Part shown: positions 56,001 to 62,000 of the stretch, piece by piece | Layout: each line of letters starts with the position of its first letter | Numbering within the stretch: position 1 is the first letter of the stretch | Assembly: GCA_020719005.1 (NCBI GenBank) | Contig: DYQZ01000001.1 | Location: forward strand, 5,779-69,778 | DNA length: 64,000 bases | DNA from: Candidatus Omnitrophus sp. | Lineage (GTDB): Bacteria; Omnitrophota; Gorgyraeia; Zapsychrales; Fredricksoniimonadaceae | Reading direction: 5' to 3' | Program-made: the position numbers and the translations under genes | Notes under the pieces: generated by a model | The model's database searches: none | Told to the model about the DNA's origin: nothing | The model's input: only the letters and a program-made list of their open reading frames with translations

Positions 56001-59000
56001 AAGAATTCTGGCAGTTGATCGGCCGCTCCTCGTCACAGCAGATGGCACAATACCGCCAGGATGTTGAAGCCATGATCCACAACAGTCGCTTGAATAAGGT
56101 TGGGCCTGTTGCTTTTCACCAGAAGATAAAGCAGTTTCTTCTTATCCGCTTTGAAACAAAGGGTTTTGTCATTGAGAATGAGCTTATCGGATGGCTCTAC
56201 CGGACGTCGCAGGATAAAGGCTTCGAGTCTTTGGCTGATGAACTGGTGCGTTTGCTCGACGTTGCGCGCAATGTGGGTTATGCGATGGAACATCATGTTC
56301 GCGCGGGGTTGAAAATGTCAGGATTGAACGAATTGATGCCGCGTCATATTGTGTTTGCTTATGAGCCTCGTCAGGGAAAGGGTGCGGCTGTTTTAAACAG
56401 CACCTACAGGCTTAATTATTTCAGGTATTCCCTTCACGGGTTGGAGCAGGCAGAGCTTTTGGAAATGCTTTTGTATGATATTTATTTTCATATCATTTAC
56501 GCGGATCAGATGTTGGTCGGATCCTGTGCTTATCAGGCGTCCCGCCCTGGTGCCAGTAACATGCTCGAGGATGAACATTTTTGCACGGCGGCGTATCCGG
56601 TGGAAACTCTTGAGGGAGTGGATCTGGTCCGTCTTCAGGACCGTTTGGCCAAAGTGATGGCTGAACATATAGCGGCCCGGCTGGCGTTTGGCAAGGATGT
56701 TCAGATCGCGGGTGCACGTAGCAGGATATTCATGACGATCAGTAAGCTCAAGAACGGCGCTTTGCTTAAGGATCTGGCACTTGAAATGGCATCTCGTTAC
56801 GCTGTGGTGCAGACGGAAGGATATAACACTATTTTGGCGTCGGAGATCGCACAACTTAACGTATTTCTGACAACAAAGGCTGTGTATAGTGATGACGCCT
56901 TGGATGTTGAGGCTTATATTGCATTGCATGTGCAGAAGATGGCGGAATTCTTTCAGAAGGTGGAGTTCAAGAAAGATGTTCGTGTGAAGCTCGTGCATAA
57001 AAAGTTCTTTCTGGCCAGAGGCGGGCATGATGAGCGGTCGCTGGGAGAAATGAACATGGAAGGCCAGATCACGATCCCGGTGAAGTATTTCATGACCACG
57101 CGCGGCTATAAAGAGGTTCTGGCCCGTACTGCGGCCATGCTCAGCATGTATCGTTTCCGTCATAAAGTGAATGATCAGCAGACCGTTATTCATGATATGG
57201 CCAGGCAGATGATGCTGTCTTCCGATATCAGGGAACTTTTAACATTGATGTTCACGCTTAATGGCAGCCGCATGCCAGAGGCTCGTGCTCAGGCTCTTTT
57301 GGATGGATTTGATGAGGTAGAGGCGCGGGGGGCTTATGATATTGTGACGTTGGAGGATGAGCTGTCCCGTCATCTTAACGAGCTTGGGTATCAATATATT
57401 GCGATAGGTAAGGATGAAAAAGGTTTCCGGATGTCTTTTCTTTCTCCAGCGGCTATCGGAAAGATGATCCAGCAAGCGTGGGAAGCGTCCCGGAAAAATC
57501 CTCATGCGGAAGTTTTTCCTTCCACGGGTTTTGCCATTCGTCCTACTGTTGGCGGGCGGGCGATATTCCGAACATTCGATCCCGTATCTCCCGAGAACTT
57601 TGTGCACTATCATTTGCGCGGATTTATTCAGGCTGGAGAAGGCGCGGATCAGCATACGATCGTGATGCAGGGGTATGAACCGCGCAATCCCGATCTTTTC
57701 ATGAAATATCACGGATGGTTCGGGATCTACACGACGTCGGATCTGATGGGATTTCTGCGCAATGATATGATCCTGACAGCCCGTCGCTTTATGCTGTGCG
57801 GTGTGTTTTCCGGGCACACCAGGGTTGTGATCCAATATATTGATCAGCACGGCAACAAACAGCAGGAGATCGTCAGCCTCGTCACGCTCGCGCGCGAGGT
57901 TATTTACCGCCGGCATGATGTGCCCAGGCGCAATCATCCTGATTATGTGCCACAGTCGCACATCCTCGCTACCGGCGAAACACTTTCCTGGTATAACTAT
58001 TTTCTGATGAAGAAAAGATTGGGGCGGCGTCTTTCAAAGAAGGAACAAAGGTATGTTCAGCTTTTTGAACGCATGACCCCTGATGATAAAAGGGATTCTT
58101 TGCTCACGAAGATCTGCCATGATTTTCAGGTCATTGACGAAAAGACCTTGCTGGCTATACCGGTCATGGGGAGAAAAGATCTTCGGCTAGGGGATATTAA
58201 TATCCGTTGGAGAGTTATTTTCCGCCAGTTCATTAAGAAATGGGCACACCGTCATGTTTTTGTTTTATTTACGGTTGAACGCCCTTCTTCTTTGTTAAGC
58301 AGTATACAGGCATTCTCCGGCCTGCCAGGATCAGATGCAACAATGCCCGAACTGCCTCCGTCGATCCGGCCTCGTGATGAAAAAGAACATTCCAGATTTA
58401 ACGAGTCTTTCAAGTCTTTGGCACGCATCCTTTCTCCTACAAAGGTCATGTGGATCATGCCCATGTATAACGAGACATGCCGTCTTTTACCAAGAACAAA
58501 GACCAATCATCCTGGTGAAGATGCTTTGCGTGTTAAGGTGCAGGAGATGTTGGTGGCGCAGAAGATCAATCCTTTATTACAACAGCGCCTCTTGGCCGTT
58601 GATGACGGCACACCGGAATTGACATCGGCAGCGACGGTAAAAGATCTTTGGGAGAAGATCCGCGAGGAATATTGCAAGGAAGGTATAGAGCTTGACCCTG
58701 ACATGGTCCAGGTCATCGATGTTTCCCCCGAAGAAAAGAAAGAGATGGGAAGTAAGAAAGGCTGGGCAGTCCTTAAAGCCATGGCTTTTGCCGCGAAGGA
58801 CGGCTGGGCGGATATGATCGGTTTTACGGATACGGATATTTCAACGAATTTGATCCAGGCTCCGCTTCTTGTCGAGAAGCTCCAGCAGGGCGCGGGCGCC
58901 GCGATCGGGTCGCGTTGGATGCGCGGGGGAGAAGTTCGGGATATTTCGATCAAGCGGATGCTTTCGAGCAAAGGCTTCCTTTATTTGGTCACCTTGATCC

Positions 59001-62000
59001 TGCTTCCGCTCTTTGGCATTCATGATACGCAGCGCGGCTTTAAATTGTGGCGCAAAGAGATGATCCCGCTTTTTATCAAGTATGCCACCGAACACGGACT
59101 TGCGTTTGATACGGAACTCTTGTTACTTACACGGATGACGGGGAAGAAGATCATAGAAGTGCCGATCGCTTGGTTTGATTCTGCGGAAGCTAGCACGGTC
59201 GCGCTCGGCGTGGAATGGAAGGTCATGTTGCTTGCGGTCATCAAACAGGCGCGTCATTGGCTTAATCCTTTGATGTGGATGAAAGTTCGCTCTGCGATGA
59301 AGGACTCGGCGCGGTCGGTGCCGGATGAGAAGAAGGCATCAGCTTGGGCAGTGGGTCTTGAGATATTGCGTGTGGTCGGGATCTTCGGCTGGAAAATAAA
59401 GAGATTGAGGGTTGAGCACAATGTTACGCTCGCCGTGAATTTCCTGCGGTCGATCGGAGAAGAGGCGCGTGCGAAGGTGATCGAAGAAATGGCGCGTACC
59501 GGGCGTGTGCGGGCAGGTCCGTTCAAAGGGTTTTTGGCAACAACGTATCGCTGTTTGAATGGTAGTGAATATATCCTTCTTTCTGATCTTCCTTTATATG
59601 CCAAGCGTGGCTGGTTAAGTGCATGTGAAATGAATGCGAGTGTTGTGCACGAGAGCGGTGCGCTTTCAGCGTTCAGGCTTTCCCATGAAGATAATGTTAT
59701 TTTTGAGTCATGGTTCCGTCGGGCTTTTAATGTTGCCGCGTTGAAGCCTGTTGAGATCATAGATAATTTTACCGAGACACTGATCGAGCATCAGAGCGCT
59801 TTTGGGACAGGCGTTGTTGATCTGCGTCAGGTGCCGGAGAAAGTGGATGTTATTGTTGTCGGCGATCTGCATGGCCGCATTGATACGCTCGAGTCTATTT
59901 TAGGTCATCGGATCAAACGCGTGGTTGCTTTTCAGAAAGAATTGGAAGAGTCTGTTCTTGAGAGGGTCAGCTATGGACAGGCAGTTCTGCTCTTTTTAGG
60001 GGACGCGGTCCATGCAAGCCCACAGCGTGAGCAGGTGAGCAGGGCCGTTGAACAGGCCGCTTTTCAAAAAGGCAGAACGCTTACGGCATCTGAAAAAGAA
60101 GCCATCATCGCACCGTATTTCATCAATGCCGAAGCTTCTTTCAAGACGATGCAAAGGATCATGACACTTAAGATCATGTATCCGCGGCATGTGTATTATC
60201 TCTTGGGGAATCACGATCTCCTGGATTATCCCTGGGAAAAATTCACCGATGGTGTTGAAATTGATCAGACGAAGAATTATGTAGAGTATTTGCGAAGCGT
60301 TATCGGGGACGCGGGGGTTGAGAAATATAAAGAAGCCATGCGTTTGAGCCCGGTCCTTTTCTTGGGCAGGAATATCGTGGCGGCTCATGCCGGTCCAGTG
60401 AAAGGCCCTTGTTCGCTCGATGAGATCGGTCGGATCAATACGGCCTCGCTCGTCGATACCCGCATGCGGGACCTGTTGTTCAGCCGTTATTACAGGTTGT
60501 CATTAGTTGAGAGCAAAGATTACATGTATGACGAGTCTGATGTTGACGGCTTCTTGCGTGCTATTGGTTATGATCCGAAGATGACATCGTTCATTGTTGG
60601 CGATGCCCCGTTCGCAGGGAGCGCGTTCTATCATCAGGTTTTCTTGAATCATTATGTTGTTGCCGCAGCCAAGCGTGAGGCCGGGTATGCACTTTCCCGT
60701 GGGGGGCGTCTGGAGTTTGTGGTAGTTGAAGAATCTTCTTCTTTCAGGGTGTCCTCCTTTTTGCCCGTGTCTGTTGCAGCAGTGGCGGCATTCTCTCCTC
60801 GGGATATTCATGTACATGATCTGGTGGGTTGGGGTGGGATGCTTGTTGGTACCATGCTCGCGCTATTCTTATTGCGTAGAACAGATCGCCGGGAAGCTGC
60901 GAAAGAGGATCTGCCGAGAGATGGTTTTCGTACTGTTGATGAAGCGGCGTGGTATGCCATGGAGAGCATTAGCGGATCAACCCTTCCAGGATCCAAGGAC
61001 AGCGTTGAATGGGCGGGATGGATATACAAGAACGATGAGGGGACATATGCTTATACGTCCGCCCAGAAAGCAGGTAGAACGGGAGGCATTCTTGAGGGCA
61101 AGCCTAAGAACACAATGGCAGTGTATCATTCGCATTGTGCTTCCGGTCTTTACAGCGAATTCTTTTCTGATATGCAGACAGACCCTGTTACAGGAGAGCG
61201 CTTAGGGGATAAAGATAGCGCGCGTGCGCATCGCATTGATTGTTATGTTGTTACTCCGTCGGGAACAAAAAGGAAATACGAACATTTAGGGGAAGATGTT
61301 TTCGTTCTTTCCAATAAAGGCAAGAGCCAAACAAAAGACATGTTCGCCCGTCTGGATGAGTGGGGTATTGCTGATCCATGGATCGGTTTCTTGATGTCAC
61401 CTCAGGTGTGGATGAGGATGTTCGTCCGCCGGTGGTTGATCATACAGCCGGTCACAGGGGATCAGCATGGCGCTGCGACATCCATACCCCGGCAGATGCT
61501 GTTGGACAAGACAATACAATATAACGAGCGTGACCTGGAGATCTCTTGGAAGGCCAGAGAAGCGTTGATAGGGAAGACCGATCTGCATTGGAAAGATCCG
61601 GTCGTCTTAAGCAAGTCTGCCGCGACGGACGCGCTGATCGATCAGCTTGTTGAGAAGATAAGAGGGCATGAATTTGATGAAGGGGTCCCGTTGGCAGAGA
61701 TCGTTAAGACAAAGGGCAGGATCTTGTGTGAGTCGTTTGAATTCGTGCTGAGGGAGATATTAAAGAACGCTTTTGATGCGTATGCCATGACTGATCTGAA
61801 GTCTGAGACCGTGAAGGGGCCGGTGAGGGTGCGGATCTTTAGGCAGGGAGCTGACCTTGTCGTTGAAGTATCAGATAACGGCGTCGGGTTCGTTGAGGGC
61901 GTGGTCAAGGCAAAGATCTCAGGCAAGATCATTTTTGGCGGTAGAGGCATAGGCCTTTTGCGTTCGAGGATCCTTTGCCAGGTGCGCGGCGGGGATGTAA

